Assembly (NCBI GenBank): GCA_000934665.2
Contig: KZ538224.1
Span: 62,001-126,000, forward strand
DNA length: 64,000 nt
Reading direction: 5' to 3'
DNA from: Catajapyx aquilonaris
Taxonomy: Eukaryota
The position numbers were made by a program, and so were the translations under genes. The notes beneath the pieces are model-generated. The model had not been told where the DNA came from, ran no database searches, and was given only the letters and a program-made list of their open reading frames with translations. This document shows, one piece after another, positions 25,551-37,859 of this stretch. How positions within the stretch are numbered: the first letter of the stretch is position 1; every line of letters starts with the position of its first letter.

Positions 25551-26330
25551 TGGCGTGATTTGCCCAATCTTGCTTACATGCAAATGTGGGCCACTTCACC
25601 ACAAGCGCATTTCAAAAATAAGGCACGAATCTGTAAGTACACAGGATTAAATAAACCACAGGCGGAAAAATCGTGTAATTCTTTTCCTGATTAATATTTT
25701 AATCCCTGCTGCAGTCTTTTAAGGGCGATAAAATATGCAGCGTGCGTTGTAGTGCAGACAAGACCACTCATGATCAAATTGTGTGTAATGCAGCCGTACT
25801 CTCAGGTGGGCATAAATTGGGCCGGAAATTACTTTAAAAAATATTTGCTGCATTTACTAAAAGTATGCCACACACTACTCATATGTCGTCTCAAATCCCA
25901 TTCTTCGATTGTTATTTTCTCTTCCATTAAATCGATACGTCTCAATTAAAATGTTGGAACTTGCAAAGTATGTAAGCCTTGCATCTCTCTCGATCTCTTT
26001 ATATTATTTATGACAAGGATGCACATCCCAGGCAAGCGGCGGGGAAATTCGCGAGACCAATCTTTCGGAAGTGGTCCGGTTAATTCCCCGCAGTGGAAAA
26101 CCCCTCTCGCATCCGAAATTAAGGTTTTAACGGTGAGTTGGAACGGTGCCTTGGAGGAAGGCCCATTGGCATGCCCCTGGGTTTTAGAGGGGGTCGGATG
26201 GTGGGGCGGGGGGGGGGGGGGNGGGGGGGGGGCTTTCCCTCCAGCATGAAAAGTTTTTGGATGGGCCTTGAGATGGAATCACATCCCCGAAATCAAAATT
26301 CGCAGTATTGGTTATTGGGCCAAACCTTAC

Positions 26331-26507
26331 CTCTTCCGTATCCCAAGTCCATCTTGAACGAGTCGGATCCGACCTGTCCGTCGGCCAAGAGTCCCAATCC
26401 GCCAGACAGCATGTCGCCTTGCTCTTCTCCGTCGTAAGAAGAGTCGCGAAACTGGAGCCCCGGTCCTCTGGAGCCTCCTTGAGGTATCGTGTAATGGGAA
26501 AGTCCAC
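26331..26507 (-). CDS. Ddr: DDR exon (177 nt), start of discoidin-like domain: GLSHYTIPQG...FRDSSYDG...SGGLGLLADGQVG...DLGYGR
   Basis: Acceptor tgtgtttcag|GT, donor AGAG|gtaagg. Lies within ORF 26293..26595. DDR D-S-x-Y-D-G and G-G-L-G-x-L-x-D-G motifs present. Confidence 0.95.
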
Positions 26508-26527
26508 CTGAAACACAGGAAAAAATA

Positions 26528-26681
26528 AATTGGACTAAGTTTCCTGGCACGACTCTGTTTGTCCTGGGCGAATCATCAACTAGATGTAGTACCACTACCC
26601 CTGAATGTGGCGGTCGTGTGCAGAGAGGGAGGACGCGCCATCTATGAGAGGAGTATGATACGACGTGGACAGTTTTGGCAC
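26528..26681 (+). mobile_element. Helitron-like family A copy abutting a DDR splice acceptor
   Basis: aattgg...gactctgtttgtcc...atcatca...gtgtgcagagagggagg...gcgccatctatgag...acgtggacagttttggca. Confidence 0.75.
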
Positions 26682-26691
26682 TAAAGATGAA

Positions 26692-26969
26692 TTTCTTACG
26701 AGCGCACTGCAGTTCGCGCAGGCTACAGGGTTAGCATTACCAATGATATTTGGTAAGCTCTGTGTAGTGACACTAGTGAGTGTACTAGTAAATTAGCGCT
26801 GCACTTGTTTCTAACGCTACTCTGGGGGTAGGGGGCAAAATGGCTGACGTTTGCAACGTTTCCAAGGTTCATATGCTACGGGTGTGAATTTGGCCCCTGA
26901 TGAGTAACTCTGGCAACTCTTTTTGCGAGCAATTGCGCGAGTGTGGGCTCGGTGGCGCTTATTTAAAAA
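26692..26969 (-). mobile_element. Family C MITE, diverged
   Basis: ttacgagcgca...gttcgcgcag...ctaacgcta...gagtaactctggcaac...gcgcgagtgtggg is the reverse complement of family C internal blocks. Confidence 0.7.
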
Positions 26970-28140
26970 TTTATCTCTACAGTAGTTTCAAATCATTCAT
27001 AAGCAGTGTAGCACTCTCATCATTTTTGGAACAAAGTAATACTTATTGAAAGTAGTGCAATGTTGCCATTTTCAGTTCCCTGCCCGCTTGAAGCGCGAAA
27101 CTTGCGACACACGAAGTGGGCGTTACGACCCTCCTCAAAACCGCCTGCTTTTGTCAACACCATTGACCTTTTGGCCATTCACGGACGACATATTTTTTGA
27201 GAGGCATCTCACGCAACAGAAATCAATCGGTGACATATAAATCATGCGTAAAGACCGGAATTGTAAGGGTGGGCTCAGATCTAATCTGATAGAGTTATAT
27301 TGGAACAAAAGAGGCGACAAACAGGTTCGAGGTCCATTTTTCGAAGCAATTATTTTCGTATAGAGAGTACCCCTCACTGTCCCAAAGTAGTTAGTTATTC
27401 ATGTGCTAGTTGATGTGTTTTAGGCGGCAGTGCCCGGAGTAAAAGATAAACTCCGGGGAAACCTGTGGCTAAGCCCCGAGGCAACACTGGGGGCTCTCAG
27501 AGGGATAAACTTGTTGGGGTGACGATACAGCACCGATTGAAACTCCCTCGACCGAAAATGACCTCGCCGGTCATTCCATACGCAAGAAAGAAATAGTAAA
27601 AACACAATATTTCCGTGCTTGTCGTGATGCTTTATGATCAGCTGTTCGCAAGGAAAATGCGAGATAGACATCCCGAAGTTGCGTTTTTATTGTAAATGTT
27701 CTCTCTCGGTATCGCCTCGGAGCACTGTAAATACCCGGGGATGGAAGTGCTTTATGGTAATCCATCTGGTCGTTATTGCATGATTATCGCGGCAGTAAAG
27801 CGGTGAAATATGCTCGTGTTTGGGTGTATGTGCAGAGAGCGACGTGGGGGCCGGACTATAAAATCACAACTCCATGACTATAGAAAGGGGGGTTGCTAGA
27901 AAAAGACTGAAGCCAACCGAAAGGGATGGGGGGGGGGGGGGGGTATTATCCGTCGGTTCAGTTCACGACCAAGCCATAAAGCGATGGCCCAATCAGCGCT
28001 CGTGCATTGTGCTAAGATCCACGCGTTAATGATCCTGCCAAAGTGCGGTACTGCATCTGTCATGGGGTTAAAGGGAGAGAAAAAAATACTGTTACTCTAC
28101 AAGTTTGGTCTAAATTATTAATTTATTATTTACAAGTATA

Positions 28141-28302
28141 TTAGTAAACCCGTTCTTCGCACTGGAATTGAAGAATACCATTGCTATGGACTGTTGCCAT
28201 GGACATCCTGTTGATATGGTAACCACATTGCTATATGGCAGAGTAGGGCGGTAGAAGGGAAATGGGACATACCGACAAACTTTGCCTTATGTCTATATAA
28301 AG
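28141..28302 (-). mobile_element. Possible Helitron family B-related copy
   Basis: Minus strand 5' ctttatatag...aaagtttgtcggtatgtccca resembles the family B start; 3' end aacgggtttaCTAA|T. Confidence 0.45.
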
Positions 28303-28311
28303 TTTAGGCTA

Positions 28312-28469
28312 TCATAATTATATTAAATTGGCTATATGGTGTGGCCTTTGTTTGTCCAGGGTGAGTCATCATCTAGGAGCATGTAGGGGGCAGTAGTGTG
28401 CAGAGAGGAAGGATGTGCGCCATCTATGAGCGAAGTAAGGTACTACTCGGACAATCGGGGGTTCACTAG
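28312..28469 (+). mobile_element. Helitron-like family A, complete 158-bp copy with canonical flanks
   Basis: A|TCATAA...aattggcta...tgtttgtccagggtgagtcatca...tagggggcagtagtgtgcagagag...gcgccatctatgag...gggttcaCTAG|T. TC/CTAG termini between host A and T, with no TSD. Confidence 0.82.
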
Positions 28470-31400
28470 TTAGAAGCTAAAATTATTTCGATCCTCTATA
28501 TTAGCTACTCTGTGAGATTTTCGTCACGTACTAGCTTGAAGGAATAGTTGCATTACTTCCCCTCCCTTGATTTTGATATAAATAATGGAACGGTTTTGCT
28601 GCCCCCTGCCCAATTGCGCCCCCCTGTGCTCCAACATCCCCCTAGGAAATGCGACGCTCCATTACTCGCTTAATTAATAGTGCACTGACTGCGTCGCATC
28701 ACGGGGCGGCGGTTCCATCGAGTTCCGATAGCTTGTCGATAGACACACGATTGCAGATTGGACCGCTGACAAGACCTGGGCTCTCGGATAATAATAAAAA
28801 AATCCCACACCAGCTTCTCCGCAGGGGCAGCTTTTTCTTTCTGAAACCGAGGCTGCAGTCTGAGCAACATATGGAGCCGAAGTGTCCGCAATTTATTAGA
28901 GGGAGAAAAAGGACACCGTCAAAGGATGGCTTTTTCGGCAAACCACTGTGATTTGACAGAGGTTATTGATAAGAACTGTACGTGATGTAGAATCCGCTTA
29001 ATTGCATTGGCCAGTAGTCAGAAAATAATTATGCGATTATCCGGCCGAGTCGATTAGGCGGAGTTGTCATTTTATGCAATTACGTGGAAGACACTGCATA
29101 TTACCCAGATTTGTCGCCAACAATGGTCATTTTATAAGAATTGAACCACCCTAAGTAAAGCGGAAATTAATTTATAAAATCTTGTTAAAATTTCGCGATA
29201 TGGTAGGTTGCATGAGAAATTATTGAGAATTTCCAATTGCATTCTACTAAATTAGCTGAATATGTCTGACATGATCAGAGAGCTTTACAATATTTGTGAG
29301 ATTTTTTGATAAGTTACTTTTGTGATATAATTTCAGTTATTGCAAAGGACGACGATAGGCCTACGAGCAAATGGTAATAATATCTGATCATGATATTGGA
29401 AGGAAGTTACGTGCAATTTGATCAATCACTAATGACATGCAACAATTCAGCTGCCAATTTAATACATGCCTGGCGACATAGCGCAGTTCGTTACTTTCTA
29501 CTGCAATTAATTTTCCCCGGGCACAAAACCCTGTCCGAACCCAACCTGATGCAATTACTCTGCGTACGAAGGGCTGTCGACTTGAAGCAAGTACAGAAGA
29601 GCTCCGGGTGCTGTCAATTCCCGTACACGTCACGTTTTATTGTTGAGCCCGAGCGCTTATTATTAAGGGAGACTTTGCGATCCCCTGAGCAGAATCCTAT
29701 TTGGCTGGCTTGCTCTAGTCCTCGGCACAATGATCAAACCCAGGGTTTCTCTCTCTGAGAGAAGAGAAGAGAAGGGAAAGGGAGAGGTAAAAGCAGCAGA
29801 TGCATTATGAGGAAGTCTCCTCGGGGCCATTCCAGAAGAGACAATGTGTGGCAAAGTATGAAACAATGCGAACTCTTGCAATGGTGGGGTAAGAGGGAGG
29901 AAGGGAGGGAGGGGGTGCTTTCATCACAGGGAAGTGAAAGAAAGAAGAATGCAAAATGGAAAAGGGGACCAAAGTTGAGGGAGGGAACTCTTTACAAGCC
30001 TGGTGGAGAAAAGTGATATCCTTTTCTTTTCTTTCGCCTTGGTTCATTGTTCTGCGGAGTTTTATGAGAGCTTGAATGAAATGCGTGAGATGTCCTTGAT
30101 ATAAAGCTGTTTTCTAATAAGCTGCTATTTATAACAGTTGGAGTAACTTCGGTTGTAAGGCCAAAAAAAGCTATTATTGTCGAAATACAGGCTTGAAGCA
30201 TTTCTGAGACATGCGGCCTTTTTAAATGGTATACATATAGTTTCTTATCGGAGTTGTTGGAGCACCCTGTACATGTTTTCAAGCGTAGCGTACATTTGCA
30301 GTAAAGTACCCCCTAATAGTGGTGTGGTAATGAGTCGGGATAGTTTGCACCAGAGGTGTGTAAATATTAAACAGGTTGCCTCGTAGCTGTGGTTTCCGTG
30401 TTGCAGGAGGAGCTTAAACTTGTTATGTTGACCTCACACGAGAGTAGCGATAGGTTTGCGCTTTATTAGTCAGTAATGTTTTCACGGCCACTGGTAATTT
30501 ATGCCAATCGTAATTACTCTGCGCACACGAGTAGTTACTCAGATACTTGTCACGTTTGAACTTTCGTGATTTTTCCTGCTGGCATCAATCATTGGTTAAG
30601 CAAACGTTTATATGGCAGGGCATTGCTAATTTAGTTGTGGAAGCACATTATTTATTTAATTAAATATCTTTAAATTAAGATCCAATTTAACATAGCGTGG
30701 ACTCTTTAGCAAAATTACAAATGTGTTGTTTAGTGGTGCATTTTTTCCCAACCTGTTAGCACGTCGTGTAACAAGGTCAAATTTTGTGGCTTTTACTCTT
30801 TGATTAATTAGGAATGACACTGCCCATTATTTATTATTAGGCTAAAATTAGGCACCAATTTTGTTCACACTAACCAACGAGTCACGAAGTTGTTCGATAG
30901 CAACCAGCTAAATTAGAGACACTTCCCTTGCAGCCTTACAGTTACGATGCAATATTAAGTACACAGTTAAAATTTTAAAGAGTAATGTCACACATCACTT
31001 CGCCAACCCGGATTGTATGGAAATTGCCTGAAATAGTAACCAGGCCACTTGATGAAAGAGTTTGTACTCGGTCTGTGTAGTACGGTAGGTGAAATATTAA
31101 TAAGTGAATAATTATTTCTGCCTAATCGTTAAGTAATTATTCCGAGTAATTAAAGGGATTGCAATTCTTTGCTTTTGTTTCTGCTGGAGCGAGCGAGCAA
31201 AGTTTCAGTCTAACAGGACACTCGCTATTTGTCGCGAATTCATTACACGAGTAGATTGTTATCTGGCTGCAGTGAATTCATGTGGCAGACGGTAAAAAGG
31301 ACAGCGGCGGAGGAAAAGCAAATGTAAATCCTAAGCTGACCGAATAAATCAAGCGGAGCAACTTTGCGATACAAAACCCCCAGACCCCGTTTCCTTTAAT

Positions 31401-34400
31401 TGCAAGGAATAATAATGACCGCGAATCTCTCAAGTCTTAATTGGTGGCCAAGAGGAGGATTCCTATTGGCAAACCTCTCATCTATTTACTACTGGCTGCT
31501 TTCAACGAGACTTTTACACATTGCTCAAGCTACCAAAATCAGCTGCAATTATCGTTTGATGATTAAATTAGTAGTTTTCTAGCTTAATTGGCAATATTGT
31601 GCACCTGACCTAGGGGCAAAGTATGATCTGAGGCTGACACCACAAAAATCTGAAATAATTTGAAGGTCTCGGGAGAAAAACATGTTAACCGCCACTGGCA
31701 GTTAACCGAGCCATCAATTATTATTTTTTTGCAAAATATTCTTGTCGCCATTCTGCCCTCTCGACCTCCTCCTCAGTAATGTAAAGTTTAATTGATTCTG
31801 CCGTTGAAATAATTCACGCAATTGGGCCATTCAAGGCGGCTCCCAGTTCGGGAGGCCCGAACATTATTCTTTCATCCCCCGAGATTAATATCTGAATCCG
31901 TGCGTGTCCTGTTTCCCTTTGAAGTCGAAACGCAGCCTGGGTTTGGAATGAAGGTAGTGCCAGTTAGTACTAGAGAGAGCAAAAAGAGAAAAGGGGGAGA
32001 CTTTTCTCTCTCTCTATTTTCCATGGGACCCAAAACGACTTTTCTCTTTCCAGCAGCTCTAGAGTTGCAGTTGCGGGTGGTGATTAGCTAGTGCCCCCCC
32101 TCTCTTGCACTCGGGGATTAATGTAATTTGAAGGAGTCTTACGCCGTGAAATTTAAATTCGGAGCAGGCGAGGAGGAGCTTTTATCGCGTCTAGGCAGAA
32201 ACTTCACGGCCAGCTAAGACCTTATCATAAATCTCTCCCAAAAACTGCCTTTCCTCCCCCCCCACCCTCTGCTATGCCACCCTTGGAAATTATGTATTTT
32301 TTTCCTTTCTAGCTCCGTCCTACTTCAAGTTCTCTAAACCAGCGTTTTTGGGTAAACTGGGGATCAATACTTGAAACAAGGAGAATAAGTGATGGACGGA
32401 TGCTAAGAACTGGAGGTGAGTTCATTTCGCAAAACTTTCTTTGCAAAGTCGGGGCAGGACACGGACCAAAATTATGGCAGGGGCCGGACTTGCAAAATTT
32501 ATTGACCATGTCCTACCTCACATTTCTACATTATTTATCTCTTCAAAACTGTGGGAGGGTTTGTACTGTGTGAGTACAGCGAGTCATAAATATGCAGCGA
32601 GCCCTGCAAAAGGTTATTTTCGTAACGTGTTAAACTGTTATTTTAGCCCAGGTTAATTACAGGCTGGATAGAGCGCGGTTCCAGCCCCCGAATTGTAGGA
32701 TTGAGTTGTCAGGAAGGTTGGCACTAACATGCTTTTTATCAGGGCAGATACTGTAACAGTTGAAGTTGGAGTGATCTATCTGTTGTTGGCAAGGAGTCAC
32801 GTAATGAGCAGTTAATTTTTAGGCATGAAAATTATCATGCTGTTCATTTCTTTTCCATTTTAGATCCTACTAGACTCTTTTTGGATCACACAATACTTGC
32901 CATACATTCAGATTCGACCTAGATTTCGTGCCAAGAATTCTTTTGTTCCAACTCCATTATTATTCGCAATATGCGATTGGAATATTCTTTTTTTTGTTTT
33001 CTTCCCACACGTTTTTATTGTATATATCGAAACCTGCATATTCAAGTAGGAAATTAATCAGGGCTTGGTGCATTCAGAATCTGTGTTTGAAGCAGAGGAG
33101 GGAAGTGCCTTGGGGCTCGGACACAACGCAGCTGAGGCATAGATTGGACTGGGTTGTGCCTCTCGATTCCAGACCCAACCGAACTGGTTCTCTCTCTGGA
33201 GTTTTTTTTTGGAGCAATCACAGATTGAAAAACCTGTTCGGAATACGGTACAACTCGTTCATTAAGCAGGTACCACCGAATCGAAATTTTACTTGCTCGG
33301 GCCTGATGAGGCGCCGAATTGAATTACTTCTGCCCGCATCTGACTAGAAGCTCCTGGCTGGGCTCCATTGTTGTTTGAATAGAGGGGGCGGAAAAGACTG
33401 AGCTCGAGTGGATTTGGTGATGGGAGTAAATGAACGAAGATGCGAAAGTATTTTATGGAAGGGTGTGGATTGGAAGCGAGATTGAATCGTCCATATTCTG
33501 GAGCACCATCGATGAAAGCCGAATTGAAAATTTATTAATGCAACATCAGAATATTCTGACCTTAACTATGCTTACAATGTGTCATTATGGATTTCTTTAC
33601 ACTTGGGAATGCAGTCCAAATATTCTACTGGACAAGCAAAATATTAGATTTTGTCCGAATGCAACAATTTCAACTTAGATTGTTATTTCCTGGCAGTGCG
33701 GCTGCTGAATTCCGCCAAGTCCCAAACGAACGTGGAAAAATTAGGGTAATCTCAGAACAAATTGCAACCTAATTCTAATTAGCATAGTAGAGTAGAATGG
33801 ATTTTCTGGATGCAAATTTATTTCCACCTTAGCATTCAGTGTATATGACAGGATGCATTTTAGTAACGATGAACCCATTTCTCACTAGAAAATTAAAAAT
33901 TGTGATCATTTTAAGATCTGTTTCAATATTTATAGCCTTTTCGAGTCTGTGATTGCAGTTTCTCTTTACACTGACTGAGAGTTCAAAGACTTTTTTTCCT
34001 ATCATATTTCTGTTACTCCAAACTTAATTGTTCTGCTTGCGAATTCACTGGCCCAATCCGAAAGTGGTCCAAAATCCTTGCTCTATGTCGGTCCCCCTAC
34101 TATATTTTCATGCCCAGTTAACCCACTCGAACGATCCAATTGACTGGCAGCGGCACAGTGAGCGTGAATTTTGAAGCACCAGTTGAAGTCGACACGAGGA
34201 CCTACTTTTGGAGGGCTCGTTGTGCATGTACTCTCCCGGGTTCTTGTGTAGAGCGCTTTGCACGCTCGGTTGCTTCACAATAATCTGTCAAGAGCAGAGG
34301 ACTCTGGGCTCTGTGCTGTATAGGGACTTGCGGCAAACTGCGCAGCTTTTGTCTTTTACCAGGAGGGGGGTTCTTCTGAAAGGAGAAACTCACCGGTTTG

Positions 34401-34885
34401 AAGTAAAAGAGAAGAAGAGATCTCTTTGCACGTCTTTGCAGTTGTCGGACTCGAGCCCTAAGCGCAGTTTATCGTAAGTGAAAAGCGGAATAATTTATTT
34501 GTGCGAAGCTTCTCGGATGATTATGCAACAAGTCAACGCACTTCACCTGTTCAAAATGTATGGAGTACTGTATCTGCTCGTTAAAATTGTAGGAGCTGAT
34601 GATACTTTCGCTGCTGAACGTTGCATGTTGCAGCCACGACTTTTTGTGCTTACTTACCGTGTACATTGTTCGCATGAAGGCCGAGGTTACATATATTTCC
34701 TGCATTTGCCTCAATTGTGGGAGGAAACTAACCCCATGAAAACCCACTCGAGCTCGGAGAGAACTCGTCGTAATAATTCCATCCGATTTTCAGGGATCTA
34801 ACTTGTGATCTCAGAAATGGTATGGACCTCAAACCACGACTGGACGTGCTTGCTCGGCTCTGAACATTTCACGTGTCCGACTTAC

Positions 34886-35033
34886 CCTGTGGTCGACATC
34901 CGAGTATTTCCACCCGGATGCAAACTGTTCGTCTGTGAATTGAATAGGGCAGGATCCTGACTTGAGTGGCCACGAAGGGAGGTCTCAGGACTCGAGTGAC
35001 CACCGTGGAAGTGTCCGTGTTTCCGGTCAGTAC
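34886..35033 (-). CDS. Ddr: DDR exon (148 nt), end of discoidin domain: VLTGNTDTSTVVTRVLRPPFVATQVRILPYSIHRRTVCIRVEILGCRPQ
   Basis: Not in the ORF track; found by manual translation. Acceptor tctcttggcag|GTA, donor CAGG|gtaagt. Ends with the F5/8C C-x-R-V-E-[IL]-x-G-C motif. Confidence 0.95.
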
Positions 35034-36532
35034 CTGCCAAGAGAGAAAAGGGACGTTTTGTCAGTCAGGTGCCTTTTCACTGTGTCCAATGTGATCGTAC
35101 AGGACAAAACGGTCGGTTTGTATGGAGCTCTATTGGAGGGTGCCAACAAGGGCCTCCGAACGTGCGTGGGAAGCGTTCATTGAAGAGTCATTTTCCCATC
35201 GAAACACTGCAACCCCCCCCCCTCCCCCCGGGAAAGCCAGTTATTACTCTCCCGGTGCAAACAATCCGGCGCAATGAATGCCAGTTGCGATGACAACGCC
35301 CTGAACCGTTCACTGACAAGCATAATCAGCGGCAAATTGTGTCGATTTGGGGGGCTGCGGTTAGCTGCCCAGGCAACACACACCCCCACACAAACCTCCT
35401 TCCGTTCCATTATGCATTGAGCAATTAGTTGTGTCTAAAGTCACTTCGACGTCGATTCAAGCAGTAAGGAGACACTTTCGTTTCAGCATTTGCTGTAAAT
35501 AGTCTGAGATTTTCCATTAATTTGAGCTACCATACAAGTACAGTGTATGTGGACGCTTAATTGAATGCTGTTGTGAAACATGGAGCTTGGCTGTATGAAT
35601 TATTTACTCAGACGCAATTTCCTCCCCGTTCATGTCTCACTCCCCTTGTTACAAACATTGCGCGGCACGTGTGCCCTGTATTTTTTCCATGGTTTATTTT
35701 TTGTGGAGGTTATTGAATCAACAGAGCAGAGGGGGGCAATTTCTGCTTACTTGTTTTAACTTAATTATTCGGTATGTTCATTGTCATGCATCGCTCCATC
35801 AATAGTGGAACCGGGAGGTTATTACGCAATTAATAACGCAATGGAAAATGGGCATACACTGTAGCACGAATGAAGCGGAGCCAGTCAAGGTTTTTAAAGC
35901 AAAATTTACATTATTTTTGAAGTGTGGCCTGATTGGATTTTTAAAAAATCCGGTACAATTTTGTTGAATTATTTAATATCACGGGGAAAAATACTGTACG
36001 AAACTGTGCGTAGAGTATACAGGATCAAACAGTTGGGAGTAAACCGAAATCAGGGCTGATCACTCCATCGCCAAGTTGACAGCACCATCTGACAAGTCAC
36101 AAACTCCAGATTCCTCCGACCCCTGCAATAATGTCTTCTCCCCAAGGAATTCGGTCCATGTTTGCCTCAGATCCTCCTTGTGTGTGTGTGTCTCCTGAAG
36201 CAGCAGCAGGATGGTGGGGGAGGAGAATCCTGTGCCATCACTTTATCTCTCTCCCTCCAATCCCTTTCCTCGATTTCCGATGACAAGCGAGGGGCCACTC
36301 TTAGGCCAGCATGGCGTGACGAGTCTGGGATGGATCAGTCGCTTATTGAAACGGCACAAGGGGGAGTGGGTTGGGTTGATAGGTAGGTTTGAGGGGAGGG
36401 AGAAAAAAAGGGAGAAGAAAATGAAGAAAGATTCTTCTCCTCATATGCCAGCTATTGCTTACTCAGGTCTAATTCGGTTGATTTGTGCTTTCATCACTGT
36501 TGGAACCCAAAATAGCTCCTTATTTTCTCACT

Positions 36533-36692
36533 TAACCTGACCTAACCTATCCGAATCTATCCTAACCTATCCTAACCTATCCTAACCTGTCCTAACCTAT
36601 CCTAACCTATCCTAACCTATCCTAACCTATCCTAACCTATATTAACCTATCCTAACCTATTCTAACCTTACCTAACATAACCTCATCTAACC
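36533..36692. repeat. (CCTAACCTAT)n 10-bp tandem array, about 13 units
   Basis: Direct reading of 36541-36670, with degenerate CCTAA-like edges. Confidence 0.95.
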
Positions 36693-37507
36693 GTACTGGT
36701 TGCTGTAGTAAGCATACTCAATTAAACTGGGTTTTTCACATCATCAAGTGCACCGAGCTGTTATTTTTAAAGAGCTTGTGTCCAAAATTATTCCCCACTT
36801 TTGAACCTGGCCACATCCAACCCGCAAAAATATAAACGCCAAGTACATTGTTGAGGAGGCTCATCGTGCATTTAGAGTGCGGGGCATAAGCGTCCATTCA
36901 AAAGCTGAGAGCCTCTCTTTCCCTAGTAATACCACCGGCTAATGTCACCCAACCCTGCTAATCCATTCATCCTAATTAATGACCGTCCAGCAAAACCCGA
37001 GTTGAGAGGCAACAATCCGAAAGGAAACTGATTTTGGATAGTTGAGTAGGTCGGTGGGGGGCAAAAAAAAAAAAGGAGGTGAAAATTTCCTCCCAAAAGC
37101 TTGGTAAACACTTGACGATTCAAGATCTGGCGAGCACCTCTTTTTTTCCCTCCCTCCCCGTCCCTTTTCCACCGTCGTTACAAGACCCCGCCGTCGTCAT
37201 TACCTCGTTGGGCCACAGCCTCTGGTAATTAGAGCCTCATTTGGACCGGATGCCGCACCATGTTTCAGCCACGCGGAAGGCAATCACAAGGTTGGGAGGG
37301 GCTTAGACTTCGGTGGGAGGGGATTTTGTTCTCTGACGGTCGTCACGCCATCGTCGGCGTCGACGATAGAAAAAGGTGGTCTCTTTTTAACTGAATAAAA
37401 GACGAGGGCGTTTTTTTATATAGCTCGGTCAAGTCACACTTAATTATGATTAATTATGGCACGAGTTTCACATTGATATCCATTATTAGAAACCGCATAC
37501 GAGCAAT

Positions 37508-37859
37508 CACTCTAAAATTGTTGAGTGGTTTTGCACTCAGTTTTGAGTCATTGTTCACTCAATCTTGTACCCGAGCTTCTACCTCTATTGATTCCCACTC
37601 TTTTTGAGTGGAAATCACTCGATCACTTCAGTGAAAATCCTTTACTTGATGGAGTTATTTCCACTTGACAGAAGTATTTTCAATTAAAATGAGCGACCAT
37701 TTCACTCACTGAAGGAGTAGTTTACCGCTCATTTTAACCCTTCTTTTGAGTAATTTCCCACTCTAGTTGAGTTAAACTTCATTTTTGCAGAGGAAAATTA
37801 TTCACTCAATGGAAATGCTCATTTTTCGAGTAAAATTTTTATTCGGATCTTTTAGAGAG
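37508..37859. mobile_element. CACTA/EnSpm-like non-autonomous element with internal CACTC/GAGT repeats
   Basis: Ends CACTCTAAAA / TTTTAGAGAG form a 9/10 inverted match, flanked by AT on both sides. The interior has many cactc and gagt(g) motifs in alternating orientation. Superfamily is inferred. Confidence 0.6.
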
